This document shows positions 45,777 through 58,131 of a stretch of DNA of 64,000 nucleotides, one piece after another. A program made the position numbers and the translations under genes. How positions within the stretch are numbered: position 1 is the stretch's first letter; every line of letters begins with the position of its first letter. Source of the stretch: Entomortierella parvispora E1425 (lineage: Eukaryota > Fungi > Mortierellomycota); contig BQFW01000007.1 of NCBI GenBank assembly GCA_020891255.1, forward strand, positions 682,001 through 746,000. Direction: 5' to 3'. The notes beneath the pieces were generated by a model that was not told the origin of the DNA, made no database searches, and saw only the letters and a program-made list of their open reading frames with translations.

Positions 45777-48567
45777 AGGGTGGGAGAAGCAATTGACAAC
45801 AGTGCGATCAGTCTTTATCCTTGCCATGCAAAGGGGATCAGAAAAAAGGTCCAAACCACACTACAAAGCGGGAGGTGTATAGCGCCACCAATTCTGTTGA
45901 CGCAGCTTTGTGTTTGTCCCCGGCAAAAGTCTGTCCCGACTGCTCCTTTTACACCTCAACGGGTAACATAAAAAAGAGCGAGGCCTGGGCAAAGGAGCAG
46001 ACTCTATGCAACTCAAAAGGTGATAGTGTTTCCGTAGCTTGAATAAGTTACGAAAGAAAGAGTATGGCGCAAGGTCACATTCTCACCTAGTCGGAGGTTA
46101 GAGTATTGGCGATTGAGAGGTTATCATGCATAAAGTAAAGGTCCTGTGAACGCAAATATGAAAAGAGCGGGGAAGGAGCAACGAGCAAGCGGGTCGATGA
46201 AGGAGGTTACAGGTTTTTTTACTATTCATCCACCCTATCTGTTTTCTACATTGTAAAGTGCGGGGGAAGAGTGTGGGGAAGTCTGGAGCCACGCAGGGGT
46301 CGATGCAGCTGGCTGCAGAAGTAAACAGAACACTGGGAATACGGGCAGGAGCATGGAGTTCGCCACCAATTGAGAAGGCTGGGGACCATGACCATGAAGA
46401 GTGCGGGGGAGTAGAATGCTTAGTCCACTCTATTGGCAATAAAGGAGGCAAACAAGAAAGGGAGTGAGCCAGGGAGAGAGCAGAAAGCCGCCCGGCTGGA
46501 CCGGGCAGGGGAACAGCCGGAGTTGAAAATGATGTCCGCCTGCGCTCAACTTTCCAGGCTTGGACAAAGAAGGCGAGACGACCCTCCCCCGGCGCAATAA
46601 GGTTGGCGAAAATGAGACATTTTTGCCGAACCTTGTGGTGGATAGGAGCGATGGCGCGGACAGAGAACAAGGACGAGGGACCAGGCAACAGGTTTGGGGA
46701 GGGCAACTGCACGCGATTAGTACAGGAAAAGACACAGTTCATAGAGTTGCTCCCTTACCGTCGCCCCCTTGATACGACTTCATTTTAGACTCATGGCGCC
46801 CTCTTGAGAGTGAGAAAGTAAGCGATGGATTAAACATTCCCTCGGCGAATGTTCTCCCGTCATGACAGGAGATGAGATGGACACCGAGGAATCAGCCTGT
46901 TAGGTGTGGAGGAAGGGCTATTTGTGGAGAGGAACAACTGCGCTCCATCTTCAGTCCAGGAAGTATCCTCAAACGATGATCCGGTTGCCCGGGGATGAGT
47001 CCCCGGGTTGAGGCATATTCGAATCCCTGGAGAAGCACCTCACTACCTTAATATACTCTATGGCACTTTGGGTTGGAGGTCTGATAAATCTCCTTCCTCT
47101 CTCATCTCTTCACTCCCATTCATCCTATCTCACCATCTGCTCCGGTCCAGAGGAATCCATCTCATGAATGTCAAGATGAGAGATGCGAGGTGCTGATCAG
47201 GCACACAAACAAACACAGCGTCGAGATTAGGGCAAGTTGCTACATCAACAACAGCAGCAATGTAATTCGAGCCACTGTCAACAAAGGGAACTCTCGGGAT
47301 TAGATGGATGCACTCGTCGACAAGCCAACCTGTGCTCGAGAGTGGACCTTTCCTCGGCCAACAGCAGCAAAGAAGGGGAGAGAATATTTCATCCGAGCGC
47401 AGACCACCGCTTTTGAGAGGTGGATGCAAGCGAGGCATTTGTTGCGCACTGCCGTTTTGTCCCTTCCTTCAGTGTTTATAGACCAATTATCGTCATCTTG
47501 TCTCTGGTCGACCCTGGGTTTGTTTTGTACCAAGGAAGAATCGGTCAGCGCTTGGAGCCACCAGAGAACATGAACGATTGAATCGATGCCACAACAACAA
47601 CAAGGGCGGCAATTGATAAAGCCGCCACGAGGCACTGTGAGGTTGCCATTGTTATTCCTCTCTTTGTTGATCGTTATTCTTCTTGAGTAGACTGTGGTAC
47701 AGTACAAGTGCCGCAGAGACTAAAATAAACGACACCCAAGGCAGGTGTGGCGATTGTGGCGACTCGAACACCAGGAGACAAGGCATGCCCATCGCAAGGC
47801 ATAGCCATCAAGACTGCAGTTGTAACATGTTGTTGCTGGTAGCGAACCCTTCTGCTTTTCAACAGTCAGGACCTTCACCGTCTCTGAGAATGCCCCCAGT
47901 CCAGGGTTGGTTCTCCGCAGGACCCATTCATTTCGAAATGAGTATGCAGTGTCCAAGTGGACACGCTTCTGGACTAATCCCGCCGTCTGAAAGAGTCTGT
48001 CCTTCAACTCAGTCAAAGGGATCCAGTGTCCATTCAGTCCAGCAGCACAATGGCCCAGAGTCTTTTGTTCAGTCATCAGAGTAGTGGGTGCTCTCACGCA
48101 CTTGTATCGTCCAGTCAGTCGCTCTTTTGTTGACAGGTTTGGTGGGTGGGTGGTTGGTTGAAAACTGCTGTTTTTTTTGCTCATTGTTTGCGTTGTCCAG
48201 ATGCTGTTTTTGCCCTGTTCGCGGCCGTTTGGGTCGTGTCAACAAACACTCTGCAACCCACTGGACATCGAGTTGACAAGACGGACGCTGCTGCAGGCAC
48301 CTGCACGCCCCCATTACCATGGGAACGGTTTTTCCGCCCGAGGGTTGAAAAGGGAGGCACCACTCGACCCGGTTCGCCTCTCTCTCTTCTCTTTTTGTTT
48401 TCCTTTTCCTTTCTTCTTTTTTGTTCTTCACATCTCTCTCTCTCCTCCCCCATCCTCCATCCTCTCCTCCCTTCCTTTTTGGTTACCCAGTGCCCATCCT
48501 GAGTCACTAAGCTTCTCCCCCCTATTGCCAGTCCGCCCCACCTTCCTGAAAGGATCCAGAGCCAGCC

Positions 48568-51500
48568 ATGTCTGAAAAGATTGAGGAGGGTAAGCAGAGC
48601 ATTCTTGTTTTTTCCCCCTTCCTTCTTCATGAGTGAGTGAGGTGGGTGAGGTGGGTGAGTTAAGGAACAGAGGACAGAGCCAGGCAGGGAAGGGAAGGGA
48701 AGGGAAGGGAGGAGAGGGCGCCGTAGACAGCAGCTGTGGTAGCAGTAACCCAGTGAGTGAGCATGCAGTCTCACCGGGTCAAGCGACCCAAATAGACCCA
48801 AAAAGAGCTAAATCACGCTCGTCCCTGGCGGAGTCTCTTTCCCCACCTCTGCTCTGATCCCGAGGATTGAGTCTCTGTCCCTCTCCTTTTCCCGAGGGAA
48901 GGGGAAGGGAGACGGCGATGGGGATGATGCCCTTTTTTCCTTTCCTTTCCTTCCCTTTCTTTTCCTTCCCTTCCCCTCTCTTCTTTTTTTGGACTGGTTG
49001 CTTCCTTGCTTCCTTGCTTCCTTGCTTCCTTGCTGCTGTCATAGCCTGCTTACTCGCGTTGACGGTGCATTCACAGGACTAACCTGGTTACCCATTTTCT
49101 GTCTCTCTTTCTCCTTTTCCACTTGTTTATTTTTCTTCCCTTTGGCCCTTTTGCTGCATTGTGAATCTGCTTGGATGATTGCCCTTTTCATTGGACTTGA
49201 TAGCCAACACCCATACCAAGGGTAAACTCGAGGTCGAAGAGGCCGAGCATCACGAGCACAAGGACGAGATCTCAGCCGAGCTCGAGGCCCTTCTCCAGAC
49301 CGACCCCAAGCACGGTCTCACCACCGCTGAGGTCGCCGAGCGTCTTGCCCGCTTCGGTCCCAACGAGTTGGCCGAGGTCAAGCGCAATCCTCTCCTCAAG
49401 TTCCTTGGCTACTTCACTGGAGCCATTGCTTACTTGATTGAGGTTGCTTGCATCATCTCTGCTGTTGTCAAGGACTGGCTTGATTTCGGTATTATCTTGG
49501 CCCTGTTGTTGCTGAACGCCTGTATTGGTTTCATTGAGGAGTCCAAGGCCGAGTCTGCTCTGGATGCCCTTCGTCAGACTCTTGCCTTGAAGACTCGCTG
49601 CTGGCGCGATGGCCACTTGGTCGAGCTGGATGTTGCTGCCTTGGTTCCCGGTGATATTATCGTTCTCCGTCTCGGAGACATTGTTCCCGCCGATGGTCGT
49701 CTCCTGGGTATTGGTGCCACTGGTGAGGCCACCGAGGGTGACCTCTTGATTGATCAGTCTGCATTGACCGGAGAGTCCCTCCCCGTCGCCAAGAACAAGG
49801 GCAAAACCGTCTACTCCTCTTCGATTGTCAAGCAGGGCCAGCAGATGGCTGTCGTTACCAAGACTGGTGGCGACACCTTCATTGGTCGTGCTGCCAACTT
49901 GATCTCCATTACTACCGAGGAGGGTCACTTCCAAAAGATTATCAACCGCATTGGTAACTTTTTGATTCTCATCACCGTCGTCCTCGTCGTCATCATCTTG
50001 ATCTACCAGCTCGTCCACTTCAAGGGCACAGAGGAGGGCAAGTTCTTGACCGTCCTCCGTAAGGTCCTCGTCCTGACTGTCGCTGCTATCCCTGTCGGTC
50101 TCCCCACCGTCATGTCTGTCACCATGGCTGTCGGTGCCAAGCAGCTTGCAGCCAAGAAGGTTATTGTCAAGCGTCTCACAGCTGTTGAGGAGATGGCCTC
50201 CGTCTCTGTTCTCTGCTCCGACAAGACCGGAACCCTCACCTTGAACGAGTTGACCTTCGATGAGCCCTACCTCACCAACAACTACACTTCTGATGATATC
50301 CTCTTGTACTCTTACCTTGCTGCTGAGGCTGGTGCCAACGATCCCATTGAGTTTGCTGTCCGTACCGCTGCTGAGGAGCAGCTCGAGATCCTGAAGAACC
50401 GTACCCATAAACACGAGGTTCCCGGCTACAAGGTCACCTCCTTCTTGCCCTTCAACCCCTCCACCAAGCTGACCCAGGCCACCATTACCAACCTTGAGAC
50501 CAACCACTCCTTCAAGGTCGCCAAGGGTGCTCCCCAGGTTATTATCCGTCTTGTTGGTGGTGATGATGATGCCGTCCGTGCCGTCAACTCTCTTGCCAAG
50601 CGTGGTCTTCGTGCCCTCGGTGTTGCCCGTACTATTGATGCCAATCTGGAGCAGTGGGAGTTGATTGGTATGATTGCTTTGATTGACCCTCCCCGCCCTG
50701 ACTCTGCCGAGACTATTCGCCGCTGCAACCACATGGGTGTTTCCGTCAAGATGATTACCGGTGATCAGTTGATTATTGCCAAGGAGGTCGCCCACCGTCT
50801 TGGTATGCAGCGTGTCATGTTGGATGCTGGACACTTGGTTGATGCCGACAAGTCCGAGGATGAGATTACCGAGCACGTCATCCGTGCCGATGGTTTCGCC
50901 CAGGTCATTCCCGAACACAAGTACCGTGTCGTCGAGTTGCTCCAGAAGCGTGGTATCCTCGTCGGTATGACTGGTGATGGTGTCAACGATGCCCCTGCTC
51001 TCAAGAAGGCCAACGTCGGTATTGCTGTCCACGGATGCACCGATGCTGCTCGCTCTGCTGCCGATATTGTCTTGCTCGCCCCCGGCTTGTCGACCATTGT
51101 CGATGGTTTGATGACTTCTCGTGCCATCTTCCAGCGCATGCGTTCCTATGCTCTTTACCGTATCACCTCGACCGTCCACTTCTTGATGTTCTTCTTCATT
51201 GTCGTCATGGCCTATGACTGGTCCCTCCCTGCTCACTTGCTGATTTTGATTTGCATCTTGAACGATTTGGCCACCTTGGTTATCTCGGTCGATAACGCCC
51301 AGATCTCGGCCCGCCCCGACAAGTGGAGAATCGGTCAATTGATCTCAATGTCCATCATCCTCGGAATGTGCTTGACCGCCTTGTCATTTGCCCACTTCTT
51401 CACCTTCTGGAAGCACTTTGGATATGCCCCTGTCAGTGCTGATGCACCCGATTCCCAGCGTAAACTCGAGTCGATCATGTACCTCCATATCTCGTCCGCT

Positions 51501-51953
51501 CCTCACTTTGTCATCTTCTCGACCCGTTTGACCGGTTACTTCTGGGAGAACTTGCCCTCGCCCATCTTTGCCGTCGTCATCATCGGTACCCAGATTATTG
51601 CTTTGTTGATGGTCATCTTTGGAGGTTTGACCCCCAAGGTCCCCGCCGGTGAGGCCATCGTCGTTCTGTTGATTTCGCTCGTTTACTTCATCATCCTCGA
51701 TGTCGTCAAGGTCCAGATCTTTAAGGCCTGGAACTTCGAGTTGACTGCCACCTTCGTGCCCACCGCTGCTCGCCGCCACAAGCTGGCTGACCGCAAGGCT
51801 GCCAAGATCCAGCAGGAGCGCGTCTGGTCCAGCATCGATGCTGTTCGCAAGGTTGCTGTTATGACCGCCGTTGTCTCTACCTTCCAGGAGAAGAAGCACG
51901 ACGATCATCACCATGCCACCGAGCAGATGGGCGACAAGGCCGAGTTCAAGTAA
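48568..51953 (+). CDS. PMA1: plasma-membrane H+-ATPase (P3A), 2 exons
   Basis: Exon 1 48568-48589 (MSEKIEE) and a 614-bp intron 48590-49203. Motifs DQSALTGES, IPVGLP, CSDKTGTLT, KGAPQ, DPPR, MITGD and MTGDGVNDAPALKKA; extreme codon bias. Confidence 0.96.
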
Positions 51954-52196
51954 ACACACAACAGAGATATCTTTTCGATCGATCGATAGTGTCTTGTTTA
52001 TATATCGCCTTGCTATCTCGTTTGTATTTAGATATATATGTCCTATATATAATAGAAACCATTTTGTTCATTCACTTGTGGTGTCATCTACCATTGAGCA
52101 TGCATGTTGACCTTGAGAAGGTAAGGACGGTGTTCTGGGCCTTTTTGTTATTACGTTCTAAAAAATGTATTAAATATAAGCGGCAAAAAGTCGCCC

Positions 52197-54055
52197 TTAC
52201 GATTCAACTGTTTCTAGCTTAGGAAGCACTACACATCGGAAATACGACTCATAGAAGCCCAGGAGCAACAAGATCATCGTCGTGGTCAAAGCCGTGGCCC
52301 AGAGGGGCAAGAAAATTCCAATGGGCGTCACGCAAATCAACGTGGCCACTGTGACGAGATGAGGGATTGAAAGCCTCTTACAAAATGTTCGCCTGAACAG
52401 GGCATGCCCAAAGACAAAGAGGGCCGGACCACCAATCATGATGGCCACATAGATGTTCTTTTCATGTTCCTCGTGATGTGGAATCATGTAGGGGTCCTCA
52501 ATAGAGATACGATCCGCTACTGCCGACCAGATTATACCGACGACCATGACAACATGAATGTAGGTGTATCCGAGACGACCCATCTTTCCTGGATCTGAAG
52601 AATGTTCGACATACTCAATGGCTTCCGCAGATGCAGTGTGGAAGTAGATCCACCACATGGCCGTGGCGCCGACGAAAGAGATGACGAACATGCCGACGCC
52701 TGCAGGCTGGTGCAAGACTTCCTTGAATGCCTCTCCTGTGACGACGATGGATTCTCCCAATGCAATGATAATAAAGAGTGAACAGCGTTCTAAGGAGCAG
52801 AGGATCGAGTGAGAAAGTGGGGAGGAAAAACAAGGGCAGGCATAGCTGTCCGTTGGATGAATGACGTTTTACCTGCAAGATGCCCTCCGTGGATATCCCA
52901 ATCGGCCGTGATAGATTTTCCAAGTCCCGGGGTATAGAATCCAGCGGCCGGTGACAAGTACTCGATCACAATAGCGACTGTCCACAGGACATTCCGTGTC
53001 GTTCCTCCAATCGCACCTCCAACCATCCAGAGAACTCCTGTAACAAAGAACCAAGCCGTGATACGAACGTAGTTCATTTGCAGCTTGTGTCCATGTAAAG
53101 CCACGACTGCCAGGATAGATCGACCCAATTGGATTAAAACGTACATACCCGCAAAGAGCAGGGATTGATCTGTATAAGAGCCCGAGATGACAGCTGACAT
53201 GATCAAGTTGATAAACATCAAGGCCATCAAGGCGATGCGAACGAGGTACGAGTCCGGGTTGAACCAATTGAAGGTCCAGGCGCTGAATACCCAAGCCCAC
53301 TATTTTTTTTTTGAAGGTTACACGTGCGAGATTGAAAAAAAAACGGGTGAGCTTTCTTTTCCTTTTTCCTCAGTGCTCGGATCTTTTCTGCCCCAGATCG
53401 CATTTTTCGCTTATGTTACCCAAACGGCCAGAGTGATGACCAGCATTTCCAGGACGACTTCCCAAGTTAAATCGTCCACCATGCTCTCTGAGATGGAGCT
53501 GACTAAAATAGGAAGAGAAGAAAAGAGATGGAAATAAGCATTCTGATCAGAAACCTGCAGGGATCTCCTCATCACAACATCAGAGCCACTCGTTTCCTTT
53601 TTGGCAACCTGGGACTTACTGGCATAGACAAAGACAAGGTCGAAAAACAGCTCAATGTTGGTTACTTTGGCGGCATCCGCGTGCTCCCGTTTCCTGAGCA
53701 GTTTGGCATGCAGTCTCACTTTAGTGCCGATACCACCATTTTCTGCAGAGTCAGAAAGCGTATTGGACGTCGAAAGGGCGTTGCCGTAGCTGTTGCCGTT
53801 GTTAGTGTCATTGCTGTTGCTCCCGTTGGTGAAGAAGGTGTCGTCAGTCTGTTTTCGTTGAATCGCGTTTTTGTCAAAGTTGCTGTTGTCGCGTTTGGAG
53901 AAGTCCTCAATATCAACGGGTTGTGCATCGGTCTGGTAGACATCATAAGACAGTACGCCATCGTTGTCACAGGGATCGATATTCCTTTCAAGGTTGTTGG
54001 CGTTGTTATAGCTGTTCGTCCCCTGGGACTCGATATCCCTCCGCGACTTGAACAT
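52197..54055 (-). CDS. ltrA: low temperature requirement A (LtrA) family membrane protein, paralogue 1, 4 exons
   Basis: VTNIELFFDLVFVYA, AVWWAWVFSAW, HLAERCSLFIIIALGESI and MWWIYF; three GT-AG introns restore the frame. Confidence 0.85.
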
Positions 54056-54412
54056 TGAGACGAGTTGTCTGTTCACGATATACGGATTGACACGCAGGAG
54101 AAAGGCAAAATAGGGGAGAGAAGAGAAAGAGAGGAGTGGAAGCGGAGAGTTAAAAGCGAGCTGCAGCAAGCGGGGCACAAAGACAAGGAGCAGTAGGAAA
54201 AAGAGAGGAAGGGGACAACAAACGAAACTGTCGTACGCACACCATGCAAAATAATTCATCAGCCACCGCGAGGGTCACACGGGCCTGAGACAGCCAGTCA
54301 ATGCGCTGTCTCAGACCCTGCAACTGTTTTGGTGGCGCACAGCCACTGTTCATACTGTTCCTCTCAAAGTGCTTGCATGTTTGTATCTTTATGATTGTAC
54401 GAGTGAATGGTC

Positions 54413-56176
54413 CTATGGTTCGGCCATAAAGGCGACCTGCGCAGGAAGAATGGCGCAGCTGAAATAAGCCTCATAGAACGCCAACAGCATCAGGATCGAC
54501 GTTGTCGTCACCGCCGTTGCCCAGAGAGGCAAGAAGATGCCAATTGGGGTCGCGCAGATCAGCACAACTACGGTGATTAGGTGCGGAATTGAGAACCTTG
54601 GGCGGAAAGTCCTCCGGAACAACGCATGACCGAATACAAAAAGGGCTGGGCCTCCGATCGTCATGGCCACATAGATCATTTTCCCCTGCTCGCGGTGCGG
54701 GACCATGTAAGGAAGGTCGATCGAGATACGATCGGCGACCGCACTCCAAATGATTCCAATGACCATAATAACGTGAATGTAGGTATAAGCGGAGCGACCG
54801 ATCTTTCCTGGATCGTTGGAGTGTTCGACATACTCTGTGGCCTCGGAAGACGCCGTGTGGAAATAGATCCACCACATGGCGGCGGCGCCGAAGAAAGAGA
54901 TGATAAACATGCTTACACCTGCAGGTTGGTGCAAGACTTCCCTAAATGCCTCTCCTGTCACAACAATCGATTCTCCCAACGCGATGATGATGAATAGCGA
55001 ACAACGCTCTAGTTTCCGAAAAAGAAGGATCCATATAAGTGCCAATCACTCACAAGACAAGCTGTGACATAAGTACCTGCCTGCAAGATGTCCTCCATGG
55101 ATCGTCCAGTCGGTTGTAACAGCCCTGCTCAAACCTGGTACGTAATTGCCGATCGTCACAGATAAATACTCAATCACGATTGCCACTGTCCACAGGACAT
55201 TCCTGGTGGTGCCTCCAATAGCGCCTCCGACCAGCCACATTACAGCTGTTCCAGTATGCCAGATTGACAGCCGGAGGTAGGTCCACATCAGACCATGACC
55301 ACGGAGGACGAACGTGGCCCAAAAGGAGCGTCCCAGTTGAATCAACACGTACATTCCTGCGAAGACAAGTGATTTGTCGGTATAAGATTCTGGGATGACG
55401 GCTGACATGACCAAACTGATGAGCATGGAACCCATGAGGAATATCCGAACCTCATACGAATCTGGGTTGAGATAGTTAAAAGTCCATGCACTGAAGATCC
55501 ATGACCACTAAGAAAAGATGCACGGCTGATTAGAGATTCCGGCGCTTTTTTACATCAATTTGAACTGAACTTGAAGAGGAGAGCATCCCTCTTCCCTCTA
55601 TTCTCTTACCCAGACTGCTAGGGTGACGATCAACATCTCCAAAACAACCTCCCATGTCAAGTCCTCGACCATAGTTTCCGAGATGGCGCTGACTACAAAG
55701 AAAAAAAAAATCACGAATGAGTTTAGTGCCATGCCATGACATGTCCCACAACCTTTTCTCTTCCTTTCTATCGACATACTTGCGTAGACAAAGACCAAGT
55801 CGAAAAACAGTTCAATGTTGGTGACTTTAACTTGCTCTGGCGATCTCAGTAGCTTTTCATAAAGCTTTTGCGTGGCCTCCCCACCCTCAACAGCTCCTAT
55901 CGGATCGGAGAGAGTATTGCTCTCTGACAAGCCATTGTTGTTGATGTCCAGAACATTACTGGCGCTGCAGGTATCTCCACTGGTGGAGAGACTATTGCTA
56001 GTTCGTTTCCTATGAGTAGCAACATTGCCATCGCAGTTGTTGTTACTGTTGTTGTTTTGGTTATAGCTGTCTTTGTCTTTGTCGCTGTCGCTGTTGCTGT
56101 TGCTGTTGTTAGGGTCAAGTTCAGAGACAGTTTGACCCGGTATATCGATGTAGATGGTATCGTTAGTGTTGCTCAT
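54413..56176 (-). CDS. ltrA: LtrA family membrane protein, paralogue 2, 4 exons (third intron needs a GC donor)
   Basis: Same motifs and the same three intron positions as paralogue 1. The in-frame junction HLA-ERCS requires the donor AG|GCAGGT at 55080. Confidence 0.8.
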
Positions 56177-57052
56177 AATGTTGACAAGGACCGTTGGTAT
56201 CGTCCGCTCCTTCGAAAAGTGAAGCAGAGTTGTGTGGATGCAAAGGGTAAATAGGAGGACAACGCCAACGCCGATACGCAGAAAGAGGTCTCAGCGGAAG
56301 AATCAAAGCCACATTTGCAAAGTCACACGTCCACGCGAAGAGCGATCAATCAAAACGCGTTCCACCAGCAAGGTCCAACCGAGGACAAACTTCTTTCCTC
56401 TTTATTCCTCCTTGCTTGAGTGGGTATTTAGCTTTACCGCTCGGCAGCAATATATCGGGCCTGGGAAGAAAAGGGGGACTAGGATGTATCTCCAGGCAGA
56501 TCCAGCCTGAACACGGCGGCTATAGCCCCCCAACTTGGATCCTCATCACGGACTTGTGAAGGACAAGAGCGAACATCGGAATATGACTGAGGGGAGAAAT
56601 AGTCCACAATTCTGACATGCATACAAGAAGGAACTTCTCGGGAAGCGGAGAGCCCTTTTAACATTGCTGCACCTCTTCACACCCATCGTAAACGCCTTCG
56701 GATGTACCTATCGCAACACCGCAATCCGTTTTGTTTGTAATATTCTCACCAGAAGCTTCTCAGGTCTGTGTCGTTGACGGTTACAGGACACTTCGCCCAG
56801 TTCCCCGCCGGCCAAACTCCGCCTTGCCCCACATCTGAAGAGATTCCTTTGTCACCAGAGAGAATGACATTGCGATATTGCACCGTCAGCAGACCCGACC
56901 ACATTCCGGGGTCATCTCTCCTCAAAATTGTTACAGGCTCGAAGAGACGAAAGAACACCAGAATATGGCTGAGGAAAGAGATGCACCCCCATCGGACAGC
57001 CCACAACAACAGCTGTTCTAAGTTTTTTTTTTTTTTTTTTTTTTTTTTTTAG

Positions 57053-58050
57053 GTGCTCATATTCATCTTGACAACAACACGCTACTCTTCCAACTTTCCA
57101 TAGCGATTGAGTACACATTTGATATTGCCTGTTGTAACACTCATCGAAAGACGCCTTCTTTTAAACATTCTCACAAGAGCCATCTCAAATCCGCGTGGGT
57201 CACTACCAGCTCATTTCACTTGAATCCTTTTTCGACTGTGCTTCCTCCCGCTCGCGATCTGGAGCAGATAGCCTGCAATTTAAAAAAATAGTCGTAGCAC
57301 TGTTGCTTTCGCAGCTCGCAGTGGCCGTGCTGAACTTTGACTCCGTCGCGCTGTTCATCCAACTGAAGCTTACAACCCATCAGTTGGGCCATGCTCAAGC
57401 CAAGACAACTTTGTGCGCCTGGGAGGCGCTATCAAATGGAGAGCCTACTGACCATTGTGGTATTACCTTGGATGAAGCTTGCGGGATCATTAAGCCGTAT
57501 ATCCTAGAGTTCATAAAACTAGGGTCCTATATTGATGCTATCATGGACATTCCAAGCTCGACGGTTTTCACCTGTTCATACAAATTATTAGGTGAGTTCG
57601 AATCTCCAAATACATAATCTTCATATTTCCATTCTTGTGCCCGATCCACAGTTTTTTCTTGGCATGTCCTTTCTTCAATTACCAAAATAAATGACGAACT
57701 AGTCCCCGATGTTGAGGATCTGCAGCCATAAGAAGCTCTGAAGCTCTTTGGATGATGGGTACACGCGAATGTCCCCAAGGAATTAGTGATGGGTCTTTCT
57801 ACACTGCCGCAACATCTGAGATTGGGGAAGGAAAAAGGGGCTCGCTCGGATGTTGCGACGCCTGACAGATTTCTGCCATAATGCGGAGTCATCACTCCCA
57901 CAAGGATGGGTTCTTGTCCTCATTGCTGGTATAGGTATCAGTTATTATTCTCCAGCATCCTTACAAAGACTGGGTCGAATCCCCGCCGCCAAGAGCGCCA
58001 TGAGTACCCGATTGCGGTGTCTACTGACTTGACACGCCCAGTGATCTGCT
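57053..58050 (+). pseudogene. possible decayed gene of unknown family
   Basis: The 140-aa ORF 57195-57617 has a canonical-looking intron (GTGAGT at 57591, CAG ending 57650). After it the frame continues about 130 codons with three internal stops. A T28-AG acceptor-like tract lies upstream. Confidence 0.3.
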
Positions 58051-58131
58051 GAAGGATTGGATATCCACAATACCTGTCCATACGAGCAGATTCAGTAGTG
58101 CCACTTGCAAATAATAGATAGGTTTATTATA

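Noticed and set aside
46988-47007. Perfect 8-bp hairpin CCCGGGGA-TGAG-TCCCCGGG resembling the RNase MRP CR-I motif (GAAAGUCCCC)
   Set aside because: No complementary CR-V (GGGGCU) segment within the following 400 nt or so, so the P4 pseudoknot cannot form.
49272-51338. 688-aa antisense ORF over PMA1 (also antisense ORFs over ABCA, the monooxygenase tail and the 133-aa gene)
   Set aside because: Expected shadow of strong codon bias in highly expressed genes; no domain or independent signals.
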